Positions 1 through 15,800 of a stretch of DNA of 64,000 bases are shown here, in pieces. The notes beneath the pieces were generated by a model. That model was not told the DNA's origin and searched no databases. It was given only the letters and a program-made list of their open reading frames with translations. This stretch comes from Lytechinus pictus (lineage: Eukaryota). Numbering within the stretch: position 1 is the stretch's first letter; every line of letters begins with the position of its first letter. The DNA lies in the NCBI RefSeq assembly GCF_037042905.1, contig NC_087250.1, forward strand, positions 15,750,001 through 15,814,000, written 5' to 3'. Position numbers and translations under genes: made by a program.

Positions 1-257
1 TAATCATCACCACCATTGGCATAAGGAAGCAAGTGACACATCAGTCAAATTTGAGTTATTGTTTCTGAAACACCATTAGTATGTTGTACGTTGAGGCAAA
101 ATTTGGGGAAGAAATAATCATTCTAAGGAAAAGATATTGCACAAAATATTCTGTTATATTGCATTGACGCCTATGTAAATGACGAACACACATTGCTCAT
201 TTACAACAAATGATAGTTTTGTAACTTGCTTCCTTTAGCCAAAGTACGGCAGCATAT

Positions 258-770
<513 letters not shown>

Positions 771-777
771 TTCTTAC

Positions 778-882
778 CTGATGGCCCATTCAATCTGGCA
801 AAGGACACCAACAATCTTTCGGAACTTGCATCAAGGCTTTCATTCAGAATAGCAGAATCTTCCATACCCAAGGGTTCAATAT
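778..882 (-). CDS. F5/8 type C domain 3, exon a: IEPLGMEDSAILNESLDASS...ARLNGPS
   Basis: cttacag|AT...G|gtaaga; phase 1-1; gene continues left of the window. Confidence 0.9.
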
Positions 883-3800
883 CTGTAAGAGAAAACACAC
901 AAAAACCAGGAAAATATACAATGCAAATATGTATAGGTCTTAAAAATCTGTTCATCATATTACCATTTTAAAGATAACCCTTCCTGCACAAGGAGGGGGT
1001 GGGGGAGGGGGGCTCCAGACAAATTTCACAATCGCCAAATCACTGCACTATGGTATAACTGAGATACCCCAGGTTCCTAATTCTGTAGTATTACTTGAGA
1101 GTGAATCTTGTAGTATTACCTGATGGTGAATGTAGTATATTACTTACCTAACCCAGTTTCATAATTCTGTAGCATTACATGATAGCGTATGTATTATTAC
1201 CTTTCTAAATGTGATAACTCGGATCCATTATTCTGCAGTATTACAATATAGTGGATGTAGTATTACTTACCTACCTGCGATATCCCAGGTTCATAATTCT
1301 GTAGTATTACCTGATAGTGGATGTAGTATTACTTTAATACCTCCCTGTAATATCCCAGGTTCATAATTCTGTAGTATTACTCTTTTTTTTCTCTCTCTTT
1401 CACCCATAACAGGGGCATTTATTTTCAACAAAAATTCATTTCATATTCACATCGTTTTTCAACAAAACTCATAGATACATTTACAAAGCAACAGGCAAAT
1501 TATACATTTCTTTCTTTCTCCTTTTCCTCAGAATCTTATTGATATCTAATCTTAATTTCAATTCTCTGACAAAAGTAAACCATAATTTATTTTCTCTTTC
1601 TTCTTTTCTACGTAAGTTTCTAAAAATTAACATCTTATAATTACTCCAAAGTGCTATTGTTATAATATCATCAATCTTCTTTTCTTTGTAATTTTTCAAC
1701 AAAATATCGACATGAAAACAAAGGTCTACGTCATACACATTTTTAATCATTATGAATAAATTATAAAAGAAATGCCTATTCAAACTACAATACAAAAAAG
1801 CATGTATTAAATCTTCTTTGATATTACAAACTTCACATTTATCATCATTGTCCAATTGCCATAAAAACAACATCCTCTTCGTAGGAATTAAGTTATACAA
1901 CAATTTCAAATTGAATTGTTTTAATTTGTTTTCCCCATATTTTTCAAATTTCTCTGAAAGACATTCTTCCAATTTATAGGATTATCGGCAAAGTCAGCCC
2001 AATATGTAGGAGCGTCATTTGTTTTGTCATGTATTAATAAAATGTGGTAAAATAGCTTGCTGGAACAGAACTTAAGTTGTTTTTCTTTTCCCTTCAGTGG
2101 TATTTTTGGAATGTCCAACGTAATACCATCTGTTAAATCATTCAACCATATTTTCGGTATCACCCTTTGTAGTTTAGAATAATCAAACAGGGCTCTTGCT
2201 TTTGTTTTCTCGGATTCAAAATATTCTTTCAGTTTCGTAAGAGATACAAATTTTCCTTCCATACAAATGTCTTTCAGAAAAATTATTTTGCTAGCGTACC
2301 AATCTCTATAGAAAAATGGTTGATTATGATATACAATATATTTACTATACCATAGAATCTGTGTGTTCGATAACAAATCATCTTTTCTGTTGATTCTTTC
2401 AAGTGTGACCATGATTTTATAATCTCAACATAAAATTTTGGCAATTTGTTAACAAACCATTTTTCAATCATGTGATTATCCATAGTACAGTTAAGAACTA
2501 GTCTGACACCCCCTACTGATTCCAAATTCAATAAAGCAAAATCTTTCCAATAACCACTTGTATCGTCAACTATTCTCGCCAACCATTTCAATCTGAAACT
2601 CTGTATTAATTTCTGAATGTCGATCATTCTAATACCACCATCCTCATATTCCTTTACAATTGTCATTCTCTTAACTTTGTCAACTTTTGCGTTCCATAAA
2701 AAATGGCAAATTATCTTCTCCAGTTTCTTTACTATCTGGTGAGGAATTGGACAAAACATAATTAAATGAATTATTTGACTTACAAGTAGAGTCTTGATAA
2801 TAAGGACTCTTCCTTAGTATTACTTGATAGTGGATGCAGTATTACCTAACTGTGATATTCCGGATTCAAAATTCTGTAGTATTACTTGATAGTGGATGTA
2901 GTATTACTTACCTAACTGTGATATTCCAGATTCATAATTCTGTAGTATTACTTGATAGTGGATGTAGTATTACTCACCAACCTGTGATATCCCAGGTTCA
3001 TAATGTAGTAGTATTACTTGATAGTGGATGTAGTACTACTGTACTTACCTAACTGTGATATGCCAGGTCCATAATTCGGTAGGAACTCCAGGATTTCCAT
3101 GCGTAAAGCGCCCGGGTAGCTTGCATCAAAGAGGAAGTTAAGTTTCACGTGACGCGCTGTAACAGGCTTGTCAAAGTAGTTCACCACAATTGTATCCTCA
3201 TCGTAGTTTGATATGAAGGTCTAAGGGATAAGAATAATGACAATTATAATGATCATATATAATAATAATAATAAAGATAATGATAACAATAATAATACTC
3301 CTACTTCTATTAATACTAATAACGATAATTCTGATAATAATCATTACATTTATATATCACATCTATTTTTACGGCCATTGGATCTATCACTGTTCCACAC
3401 ATCACATGCTCCACCTCTACTCCCAGATGAGCACTGGCAAATCCAGGGGGGGGGAGCAGCCGGCTCATGCCCCCCCCACCCTTTGAGAGGTATAATTAAA
3501 ATTTATCATGTAAAAATCCTGTTAAAACACAACTGTGCCCCCCCCCCTTTGAAAGTAAGGACCTTTTTTTTTGCTTGTCAAATTTTTGTGTGGACAAAAT
3601 GAAATTTTTGGTTGAAAACCTTTCTTTATCTTTTTTTTTGCATCAGGAAAATGTGCCCCCCCCCCTTTTTTGGAAAATCCTGGATCCGCCCCTGCAGAGG
3701 AGCATCCCAGCCAGGCAACTGTTCTACCCTGTTTTACCTGGTACCCATTTAACACCTGGGTGGAGAGTGAAAAAGCCTTGCCAAAGGACCTTAGTGCCAG

Positions 3801-6800
3801 GTGAGATTTGATACCTCGACCCTTGGTTTAAGAGTCAAGTGACTTATACACTCCACACGACACCTCCACACTAAGACATAAACATTGAAACTGGAAAAGA
3901 ATGATTTCCAAGATTTGATAAGTGAAATATTTTGAAATATAAAACTACTTTGCGGGGAAGCGAACTGACCAACATATATGTATTGTGTGGTCTCTAACCC
4001 TAACCCTAATACAGATAATAAATTATCCTAAAATTGTATGTCTATTTGTTTTGCTACTTGGCCGTATCATAATAATTGCAATATGAATGCACCAAGTAGT
4101 AAATTTTGTGTTATCTAAACTAGAATCTATCATAAGACTACACTGCTGAGAATGTTGCTTTATGAATTAGGAACCAGTCTAAGTTAGAGCCCGGGGGGGG
4201 GGGGCACTCAAATTATATTTTGATGGGGGTGTGCCTCACAAAACGCTGAAATGGGCGTCTAAGGAACTGATCACAAGGGTAAAATACAGGGTCTTGGGAA
4301 CAAAATGTATTGCGTGCGTTGTGAAAAACAGGGTCCACAGAACGGGATCATGGTACAGTGGGTATGGTGCATGCTAGCGCTGGGCATGTAGGCATGCATG
4401 TGGGAGCTAGCGGTGCATGGAGCTGCTAGCGGATTTGGGCAGGGCTAGGGAACTGAGATGTTTCGTAACGAGGGTCTTGCAAGCGGGGCAGGCCGGATCC
4501 TGAATGGAATTCTTGTCATTCGGAGTATCTAGAGAACTGAAAATTAGGTCTGAAAAAGGGGGTCATCAAAGCGGCACGTCCCCGAACCACCAATATATGG
4601 GAGTGCCCTCCCCCGAGGTTATAGTAGTCAAAGACTTGAGCTGGTACTATTACTAAGCTGCTGGTTCATACTGGCTTTAAGACATAGTCTGCAGGCACAG
4701 ACCACGGTTGAAACCTTAATCAACAAGACCAGCATATATTTGTCATATTTTCAACCATTTTTTTTTTGCTTGGCAATGGCAAATCATCTTCTGCTACTGA
4801 TTTTATGTTCAATGATATGTCTGATTTATTGTCAAAATATATTTGTTATATTTATGTTCTATTACATTGTTATAAAAAATAAGTAAATCAAATCAAATAT
4901 ACAACTTGCAGTTTAAATTTCAGAGTGGAGGGGGCCATCTGTACAAAAAGTCATTGGAGGCTTTGTATTTCAGACCACTTAACTTGAGACAAGGGTCTGC
5001 AAAAAAATGATTTGTGTTTGCCATACTTAACTCTTTGTGCGCTGGGCCATGAACCCCTCCGTGCTGAATTATTTTCAGGGAGGGAGACAATGGATTGTTT
5101 GCTCGAGCGTGGAACGCGACGTTAGAGCGGTACAGAGTGTGCATTGGTGCGAAGTACGCGTGGAAAGGTTTAATACTAATAGGTTTAAATTTTTACCTTT
5201 TATAGTTCTAAGACTAAAATATGTTCTAGATTTCTACTTTGATAAATTACTCATTTGAGCGGCACAGTACACTATACTATAAAACACCAGTGTTTTGAAG
5301 AGAAAAAAAAGGAAACAAGTGTTGCTTTGGAAAAAATCCCAGAAAAATTTTTATTCTAATTTAACTTGCTATTAAAAAAATTTACTTCATAAGCTTGCTA
5401 CTAATGTAATAATTGTATAATAATATAGGGTATTTATATTGCGTACATATCCACCTTGTTAGGTGCTCAGGGCACTCCTATATTACCCGGCTAAGCTAGG
5501 CGTTCATAGCGCACACAGCTTTTTCAGGAATTACTTCCTACCGGTACCCATTTACCTCACCTGGGTTGAGTGCAGCACACTGTGGATCAGTTTCTTGCTG
5601 AAGAAAATTACGCCATGGCTGGGATTCGAACCCACGACCCTCTGTTTCAAAGTCCGAAGACTAATCCACTGGGCCACAACGCTCCACATCTTTTAAAGAT
5701 GTGTGATAACTGGCTGGGATAACTCCCAACTCCCTGATTCAACGATGTGCAGTAACATTAATCAACCCTCGCCACTCTCCACTCAGGTGTAGTAAATGAG
5801 TATGTTAGGAAGATACTGCCTGTCTGCTTTTGAGCCCAACCAAGGCAGGTGTGCTAAAGCCAGAGAAATAGTACATAGGGCTTAGAAACTCTGTACTGTA
5901 TTAGGCATTATTTACGTGTTGCATATTATCATCATTACTTATTGTCATTATTATTATCATTTATCAATGTTAATATGTGTTCTTAAATTGTTTACAGGGG
6001 TATATTTCAACCCACCCCTCCCTGCCTTGTCTAGTGTTTATTTATACTGGGGGTGTTTCACAAAAAATTATGTGCAATTTTAGTCAAAATCAATTTTCCA
6101 GTTGCGTGCAGTATAGGATCCTGGTAGCAGCATTGGTCAAATCATGCTAATTAACATACGCTGCCTATTCATCAATGACATTATATTTTTACATATATGA
6201 CCGCATCGGCATTTTACGCATGGCTTCCAGTCACACTTAGTTTGTACAACATCCTTGTGGATTGCAGATGACATGCCATTTGCTCCTGCGGTAATTGCTC
6301 CGGGCATTATTTCATCCAAGATGGAAGGTTAGGGTTTTATATCAGACTTGGAGCTGGGTTTGGGGTAGGATTAAGCATTAACCCTAAATAGACTGGTCTA
6401 TTTCCATGCCTAAGAAGACTAGTATGATCTCGGCCATCAATCGCAACGAAAATTGGCACACGCGTTACCCATGACATAATCTACAAAACATTAAGATCAA
6501 ATTCTGCGAAAAATTTCATTTTCATCAGTATTAGGAAAAATACATGATACATTTATGATTTTTGACTAAAACACTATTTGCATTGGATTTGTACAGTAAT
6601 TCACATTTTGGAGCAATTTGGGGTCTGCATGCACTTACAAAATGTTGCGTAATTTCGGAACCGTGTATCCGGGGGTCGCAATTTTAGTCTAAAAAGTTGT
6701 GTAAGACTTGAAAGTAAAAAGTCAGCTAGTGACGCGGTCAAACATTTTGCATGGTGGATGTCGCAAAAAATGTCTAGGAGCTGAATAAGCCCCCCAGTTT

Positions 6801-9800
6801 CTTAGGGTTAAATCTAGGCTAGTGTCGCTTAGTCGATAGCAGCACTATTGTTGCTTGAGCAAACGTCATGGATTTATTCAATTATCAAAATGTGTTATTT
6901 GCCAATAAGTTTTGTATATTATTTGTAACTGAAGTATCTATTATGATGTTTATTCTTCTTTGCATATTATGTGTGTATATGTTTGTTGTTATTCGAAAAT
7001 GAAAGAAATTGAATTGAATTGAATTGAACCGAATTGCATACCTCTGAATTTCTCCTATCTTTAGCAGAAACCCAGTTAGAATCATTGATGCCATATGACA
7101 CAGAAAATGACCGAAAGACATTGTTATGTTGAGTCCTTCCCTGGGTCATCACCCCACCAACCAGCTTGGTCTCCCGAAGATCAACCTGTATCCACGGGGA
7201 GTGGTCTCGCCAATCTGGGACCCATCCTCCGATGCCGACTCCATCCTCTACAAATGACAGAAAGAAAAAGATGGAGAAATTCGGTGGATTCACAATATGG
7301 TGTGCCATATATCAGTTGCAGCGAGAAGCCAAATTTCTTACTTCTACAAGCTTTGGGGTCAGCATCGCGCTCAGGCGCAGGCAGCCTGCATAGTAGTGTA
7401 CTGTGATGCTTCAAAAATAAAAAATAAACGATTTGGGATAAGCGGAGGAAGAATCCGCCGAAAATGTTCTAAATTTTGCACAGAAATATGTGGCAAATTT
7501 CTCTCCCACAGCCAGGACCTAGTAAACAGTTGGTCTAGCCGCATCGGCCAGTGACACAAGAGATTTCGACCTTTTCCCATAATGAATTGCAAATTTCGGC
7601 CTGTCTGCTGCTACCAGTAGGTGGCGCACCGTATTGTGAAACCACTGAATTACAAAGATATGCATTATTTTAGTGGTCAATTCACTTCACCAAATGATTC
7701 ACACAAAAAAAAGAGTTCACAAAAGGATGTGTTGAGTAGTCCAATACAAATTATTTATTTGTGTGTATTTTTTTTGGGGGGGGGGGGGCTTCTAGAGTTA
7801 TGGAGAGCTGTGGCTCAGTGGATTAGATACCAGATTTGCAACAGAGGGTCGTGGGTTCAAATCCCAGCTATGTGTGATTTCAGTTGATCAACAATGTGTG
7901 ACACTCAACCCAGATGAGGTACATGGAAATGGGTACCGGGTACATGTAGGTGACAGGATCAGTAGACTAGCTTGGCTAGGATAATACAAGAGCGCCTTGA
8001 GCACTAAATAAGGTGGATATGCGTGCTATAAAAATGCCTTATTTATCATTAAAGGAATTGGTAGTAAAAGAGATTTTCATAGAAAAGACTTTTTTGTAAG
8101 CCCCCCCCTCCCCGTTGTGTCAAAATGGTGCGTTTATTTGACTCCTCTCCCTCAAACCACCTTTTCGAGAAAGTGCAACAATCCCCAATCCACCCATGCT
8201 CCGCAAATGCAGACAACCATCACAAGCCATTGTACGATAACCTTGCACTTTCGTTAATCGTACAATATGTCCCGGTTCTGACCGGCCCAAGGGTTACGAT
8301 CCTACGAAAGTATTCTATGAAAACATCAATGTTCATTTTGTATGGAAAAAAACTCAGCAGTTCCTATGAAGAAAAAAAATTCCTGAAAATTCCCCATATT
8401 CCCGCCAACTTGACGTAGAGATTTACATGTTTATAGACAAGTTTATAGACGAGTGCAAAAAATTAAATAATTGTCTCGCACTGGTGAATGAGAGAGTCCC
8501 AAATTATCACACAAATAATGATTATCCTACATCTGTCAAAGCTGGCTTGGTGTATGTATATTGAAGATTGACAAAAGGCCTCGCTATAGTAGGCCACGTA
8601 TGCTTGAACCATTTACTGACTCTCATTGACAATGAAGATGGTCAGTGGAAACAGAGCAAGGTATGCCTATTTCATCAGTGGAACATGATACAGAGAGAAG
8701 GAAGTTTCGGTCAAGACCAGCTTTTCTTTCTAGTTGGGAATATTCATAGGCTTAGGATATGACTAGCTGGAAATTGTGAAAATATTGTTTTAAAAGAGGA
8801 ACTTTGTTTATCACCTCTAAAATTCTAAACTGTAAAGTATTGTGTGTATTTTGTGTATTTCTTAGCAGTCCCAGCCCAGTCAGAAGTACAAAGTCAACTA
8901 CCATTTGCACATCACCAAGAGTTACAATCTGATGAGGAACAGGATATCTGAACTAAAAACTTGCAAGGTATGCTTATTTTCATAAAAAAGGCCCCCTATT
9001 TCCCTTTTTTTTTGGGGGGGGGCTATAGCTACTTTTTCTGAATCATGTTATCCCATATTATAAAGCTCCATTGTGATTTGATATTTATTTGGATTCAGAT
9101 TCACCAGTATTTACATTCTCATCAATGCATACTTATTGTCCATGTCTCTTATCTATATTAGTCATACAGAAAATCACTTTAAAACTCTGTTACTCTGTAG
9201 ACAGAAATAAAAAGGACAAAATATTGAGAGTAATATTATGATATAATATTTGAATGAGTTTGCATACTGAATAAAAAAAAGTTATATGAATAATGATCTA
9301 TAAATAGTGATCTATGATTTTTATCTGGCTATATAGATTACTACATGTGCATTATCTAAATAATATTGCATGGAAGAGTAGCTAGGGCCTAATAAAAAGT
9401 TTAAAACTTCTTAATAAACTGGACTAGATGAGTAAGAAATAATTTGTATCAGCAGCTCATTTTGTTCTTTTCTCTTTTTTGTTTACCATGCAGGTTTCGC
9501 AGGCTGTTTGAGTATCACCAGAGCAGATTAAGAACATGGAGGCCAAGCTCATAACAAGTAGTTACTTCATCGCAATTACACATTTTAAAATTGAATGAAT
9601 TTGAATAAATGTGTCAATACATATTGAATGTTGCTTGAACTACACATCTGTAGAAAAAAAATAACATTAGAGTATAAATATTTAAGTCCATAGGTTTCAC
9701 ATAAGATTAAAATATTTTCCCAAAGGGCAAACCTACCCACCCTTTATTAATGTTCTAATCATCTGTTACAGTAGTACTTATAGTAGTGAAAGAACTTTTA

Positions 9801-12800
9801 ATGATATTTGAAAGGGATAGATTGTATTCTGGTAATATAATCAATTCAAAATGGGTCTTTAGACTTTACTGAGGTCTGGGCTATGTAACATACATGCCTA
9901 CAGACATACATAAGACGATTAGAAATAATAGGTTTTCATTGAAAATGTGCATACTAAAAAAACAAGGTGACAGAACCAAGGACTAAGAAATCACTCTCAC
10001 TCCTGAGCCCCATTTCATTAAGACTAACCACTACCCTAACTTTGCCATTCCAGTAACTACCATGGACACATTAAAGCAACAGATCAACATTGAGGTTCCC
10101 ATGCTAGTTACAATTTGGGCAAATTTACCATAATTTAAGTCTTTATGAAACAAGGACCCAGCTGTAGTGCTGGACATTAAGCTGTTGAATTTATTTGGGG
10201 GAAGTGAAAAGTTGCACCGTTTTGTTCGTTTTAATCCTTTTTTGTTGGAAATAGAACACAGCACTTCACAACAATAGAAAATAAGCAATTTTGTTACTGA
10301 TTTACTAATGTGCAGATTTGGGAAGGCACTCTTTAGAGAAATGTGGAAATGTGCTCCCCTTTTTTGTGAAGTGCCCCCGGTGAGATTAGCATGCTATTTC
10401 TTGTCAGCAAATGTTGAAAAAATGACTTGATATTTGAGTAACCGACTTTGAGAGAGAGGTGTACGTTAATATTTTAATGACATCCTTGATGCCCCTTATA
10501 TTGACTATATAAGGCTTATCAATACCTATGAAAGTGAATATACATACTTAATTTTTACATGTTTTTTCCTCTAGATTTTACCCCAAAAAATACATCCGTT
10601 CCCTTTAAACAGCCTTGTAATTTCTGTTGCTTTCATTATATGTATTTTGCTGATGTACATGTAATGTGATACTATGGCGATAAAAAAAAAGGATAGGAAT
10701 ATTGTAATCATATATTCAAAAATTGATTCCTTAATAAACATTTTAATTTGAAATATACTTTCTAATCTTGATTTATTCGTGATTTATTTAATCCACCAAT
10801 TCATATTGCGTGAAAGATATGTGATGATGATGTTATTGCTACCAAACTATGTTGTGATGAAATGGCACTATTTAGATGATGGTAATGATGATAATGAAGG
10901 ATACTTCTATATGACTGGAATATGATGGTGCTACTGATTGATTGATTGATTGATTTTGTTTGTCAGGTATCTATGGGTATAATACTAGTACAACAGGTAA
11001 GAGTATAACATAAAGTATCGAAATACCATGCATGCATGGCAAGATAGCCCATAAAAGCCATTGCAACATGGCATACTGTGACATTTTATCATAAGGTGCA
11101 GCAAAATTAAATGTTCTTCCTAAAGAGATAAATGAGTTTGATTTAAGAGTGGGATAAAAATAAAAATGATATGAGAATAACTGTTTGCTCGCATGATTAT
11201 GTGGTATGTGTGGAAGAGAGAGAGGGGGGTGGGATCGATAGAGAGATTTAGGGGGCGGGCAGGTACAAACATTTAATTTTGTTTGGAAGTGATCGACCTT
11301 TATAAGATAGCCTTGATGAGAGCAAATTCATGCGGGGGGGGGGGGGTACTGGGCTATCTTTTTACTCCCATCCCAAACTCAGATTTTTTTTTTCAATCTT
11401 AAGATTTGCACCAGATTGTTCATTTCAGTTTCAAAATTAGGACAAAATGACCTCCTGATTGCTTTGCTCTCTTGCTCAGATTTCACTGATCATTTGAAGT
11501 ACTTACCCCCCCCCCCAAAAAAAAAAAAAACATTAATAATTTATGGCTATTCATGTGTGTAATGAAAATAATGGGAGTGATGAACACCTGATGAATAGAG
11601 CAAAGATCGAGATCCTTAAGTTCAATCCTATTAACTCTTTGCCCGCCACGGACGACTCGCAGCACATACAGCGGACTGCCAACGACGACTCTAGTCACAG
11701 TTAGCACACAATGCATACGGAACGCATTTAATTGTAATTGTGTGGACACACATACAATAGCGACGCGTGTATTGCATTGTTTACGAATCTAGCTTCCGTG
11801 TTATAGCTTTCGCCAACGTTTTTTAGAGATTTTTCGCGTAAAATTTAGTTTTTTGAACTGCTTTAGGATATATTTCGATGAGCTTTCAATAGCTTGCACT
11901 GCTTTCCTTGTAATAAAAGAATGATACAAATTTCCACCTCCCTATAACAATAAGGGGATCAAAGTATCAATAGACGGGAAGTCTCCCAGGACGGGAAGTC
12001 TATTGAGAAGTAGCCAGGGACAATTTCAATAGAAGAGTTTAGTTCATTGTCAGTTTACTCTTTTTAAATGCCCCATTTCAATCCTAAACTGCTTAGCTCA
12101 TAATGACCATAAAGACATGGATTTGGTATGTAATAAAAGCTAAAGAACACATCTTTTCAATGGACTAACTTAGAAATTTAACCTACATTAGGAAGTATTG
12201 AATATAAGAGGTATAAAATACCCTCCTAAACAAAAAATTGGAAACAGAATGTAAAGTTAAAATTCTCAAAATCTATGATTTTATACATAGCAAAAATGAT
12301 ACCATCGGCAAGAATATTCATTTCTCTAAAACTTTGCTACACAATTTTTTTCAATACGACAAACCAGTAAAAAGTTATTGCGAGTTGAATAAGACAGTGC
12401 ACGCAAACCCCCTCTGAATGTGGCACCCCAAAATTAATGTGGCGCAGGGGGGAGTGTACGTGGCGGGCAAAGAGTTAATGAATCCCTTGTAAGCTTCCAT
12501 ATGTCTTTCAGGGAAATAGCTAGCAAATAAATAGTTGTATTAATTGATGTAGTAATAATCGCGACAGATACTAGTAATAATTAAAAATATGTAAACAAGA
12601 AAAGATTAATAAACAACTAAATACCTGGGGGATGAACGGGGAATGAATGGCTTAATCTTTTTTTACCAAAGACGCAGCTCTATGAATTCATTTCATATTC
12701 AATCACGTCGCACATTATGCTAATAAGTGATAATATACTTATTTCTACGCTGTGCCCGCAGGCCAATTATGACCACGTCTCCGTTTCGCTGGTGTCCCAT

Positions 12801-15800
12801 GAAGTTGCGGTGTCCATAGGCTTGTACGCGAAAAATGGGAGTAGTGTGCACTTTTGACCTTCCAAAATTTCTCCATGTCTGACCGGATGCAGAGTTTCAC
12901 CTCCCTGATTATAATGTAAAGATCTATACTGAAGTCAATTACCATCCTGAATGTTGAGACGAGCTCGGAAAGCACAATGATACTCATTCCAGCAAGAACT
13001 TTGAGTGAGTTGGTCATCTTGTATGCGTCCATCCTCCATTCCCAAGGGAGCGTATGAAGCTGAAAAGGTTCAAGAATCAGAATAATGTCAGCATAGTTCA
13101 ATCCAATCCAAGGAAGGGCGGTATGGCCCAAATTAGCAAAGGTGGTTTTGAAAACCAACGGTTGAACCCATGGCAGATTTCGTGAATAAATTATGCTTAA
13201 TTTACCAAGTGCATTAGACAAATTTCCAATGCTAACGCGTGCTTTTGTCACAGTGCCCCATAATGATGCTTGTTGACATGGTTGAGCACGCTATTTTATT
13301 AGTGAGTCCACTGTTTTGAAAAATGGACTCGTAACCGAAGGTATTCAAAACAACCATTGTGAATTCAGGCTTACATGTACATGTATGTGCCCAGCTACCT
13401 CAAACCAAATAAAAATCTCTGTAAAAATGGTATGTGGTCTTCGAAACAAAAATGAAAAATTTAAGCATATCTGAAACGGTGATTCTTCTCCTTCATAATG
13501 TTATAATTTTAGATTTGAACCCTAAAAGAGCCGTTATTTGGACCCCTCTTACAGCCGGGAAGGGGAGGGGGTGGATTCCACCCCCAGAGATCTCGACCTT
13601 CGAGCGCCGCGAAAATTTGCAGTGGTAGTGTGTGACAAAATCTGTGTGGTTAATATTTCTTTAAAATAATAAGATTGTTTATTTAATGAATTATGCTAAT
13701 TTATGCATGAAATAAAACATTTGCTCCAATGAACTATCGTACTGCCCCAACTGCTAATTTTGTAGGATCCCGATCAAATGTACTTCAAAATAAATTGGGT
13801 ACCAGAATCCGACCCTGCCCCCCCCTGGCCTTTTAGGGTAAAAGTTACATTGTAAATACTTAGATAACAAGAATACAAGTTTCTTTGGCATAAGATTTTG
13901 CAGACTGCTTGGAAGTTTCAATGCAATTGCAAATTGTCCATATCATTCTCTCCTTGTTCTTTGAAACCCTCAATTAATTTCTTCTCAATTCTCTCCTTGT
14001 TCTTTGAAACCCTCAATTAATTTCTTCTCAACTCTCTCCTTGTTTTTTGAAACCCTCAACATTTTGTGGTTCAAGCAAGGAGATCCAGTAATTGTCAAAT
14101 TTATAAAAATTGAAATATTGTACAATTCAAATATTTATCAAAAGAAATAGTGAGTGAATGATATCGACTCTCTTCCACTTGCATATCACAGAGTTGAGCA
14201 TAGAACTGTTTTGTGAAAAATAAGCAAAACTTTGAATTGTCATAACTTTCTTATTTTACATCTGATTTTGATGAAGTTGTCAGCATTATTCATGTTTGAT
14301 TTTTTTCTATTTATTTATTTTTTCTGGGGTGGACTTGACCTTTAACTTTGGTAGCATTTGGCTGCGTTCAGGTGCGGATGTTTGAAAACTCTTCAAACTA
14401 CCGAGCTAGAAAACAAGGCCTTTGCATTAGTCTTGAGTCATTGCGTTGTGTTGTGTTTGACTGTCTTTTTTTATGCGTTCAGGCAATCTGAAGCTGAACA
14501 CAGGCCCAAAAGACAAGGGTGTGAGCAAGGCTTAAATGTGGTCAATGATGTCTGGGTTTTCAAACTCTGTAAAACTAAAATGAACAGGGTTAACCAATTC
14601 CCCCATTATTTCTTTTATAACTGGAATTCATTATCGAGGATCCTTAGCATCTAAATAAAGTAATTCAGAGTTGACAAGGGGAGAGAGAGAGGGAAAGAGA
14701 GGAGAAGGAGAGGGAAAGGGGGAGAGAGAGGGGGAAAAGAGAAAGGGGGAGAGAAAGAGAGGGGGAGGTAGGGGAGAGAGGGAAGGGGGGAGAGAGACAG
14801 AGGAGATCAGAGAGCGAGGAGGGAGAGAGAGTGAGGGGGAGGGGAAGAGACCTACCTGGTGATGGTATTTCAAGGACTTTCATATCTGTTTCATAACGGA
14901 CTCCTATCAACTCCAATCTCAAACACGGAACTTCCCATGTCGATGGATTCATGATCACGTCGGTGACCCGGACGTATCGGGCCAGAATTTCCCGCCGGAA
15001 GTAATTCGGATAAACCCCATCTTGGTTGTTATTTCCTGTGAAAATCTGGAGATGAGAATTGGAAAACAAATGTGCATGATGATCTGGAAAAAAAGCCTTT
15101 TAATGAATATTCTAGAAGTTTATAAATGAAATAACTGAAGCCGCTTGTCAATAGTCTGTGCTAATTTTGCTGTGTGTTCAACACCTTTTTTGTTTCTTTC
15201 TGTACCAAAAATACAAATCCATTTTGAAGTATGTACTAGGGTTACTTGTGCACAAGCTGAGGAAACCAATTGACAATACTGAAGAAATAAAAGTCCGGAA
15301 ACTAATCTACTGGGCCACAACGCTCCATGACAAAGATATATATTTTTAGGTGTCATATTGCCCAAGTAATGAATGCTTTTCATTCGTGCAATAGACAGAA
15401 TACTTATTTCAGTGAAAGAGATGAATGGACCATTTCATCTCTCACCTCATGAAGTATTCTGTCCATTGCACTCATAAACATCCATTATTTGTATAACATT
15501 TAATACAGAATAAACTAGAGTTACACGATTTGTGGGATTCACGCTTGCTTTATTCAGATAATAAACCTGTGGGGCGCACTCCAGCATCTAACCCGGACAA
15601 TGGAAAAGGGTTGTAATTCACCTTTATCCTTGTGAGCAAATCAGAAGACATATGCAAATTAAGTTATTAAAGGGAAAGTTCACCCTGACAAAAAGTAATT
15701 GTAAAAATAGCAAAAATAATGAAAATTATAAAAGTTTGAGAAAAATCCATCAAACAGCAAAAAAAAGTTATTAGAATTTCAATTATTTGATTTGGGGAGT

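Noticed and set aside
3994..4010. Telomere-like (TAACCC)n, also about 21577-21592
   Set aside because: Only 2-3 units; such short runs are common inside invertebrate MITEs.
12745..13251. 168-aa ORF
   Set aside because: Chance ORF spanning a MITE fragment; the real exon 12943-13059 is in another frame.
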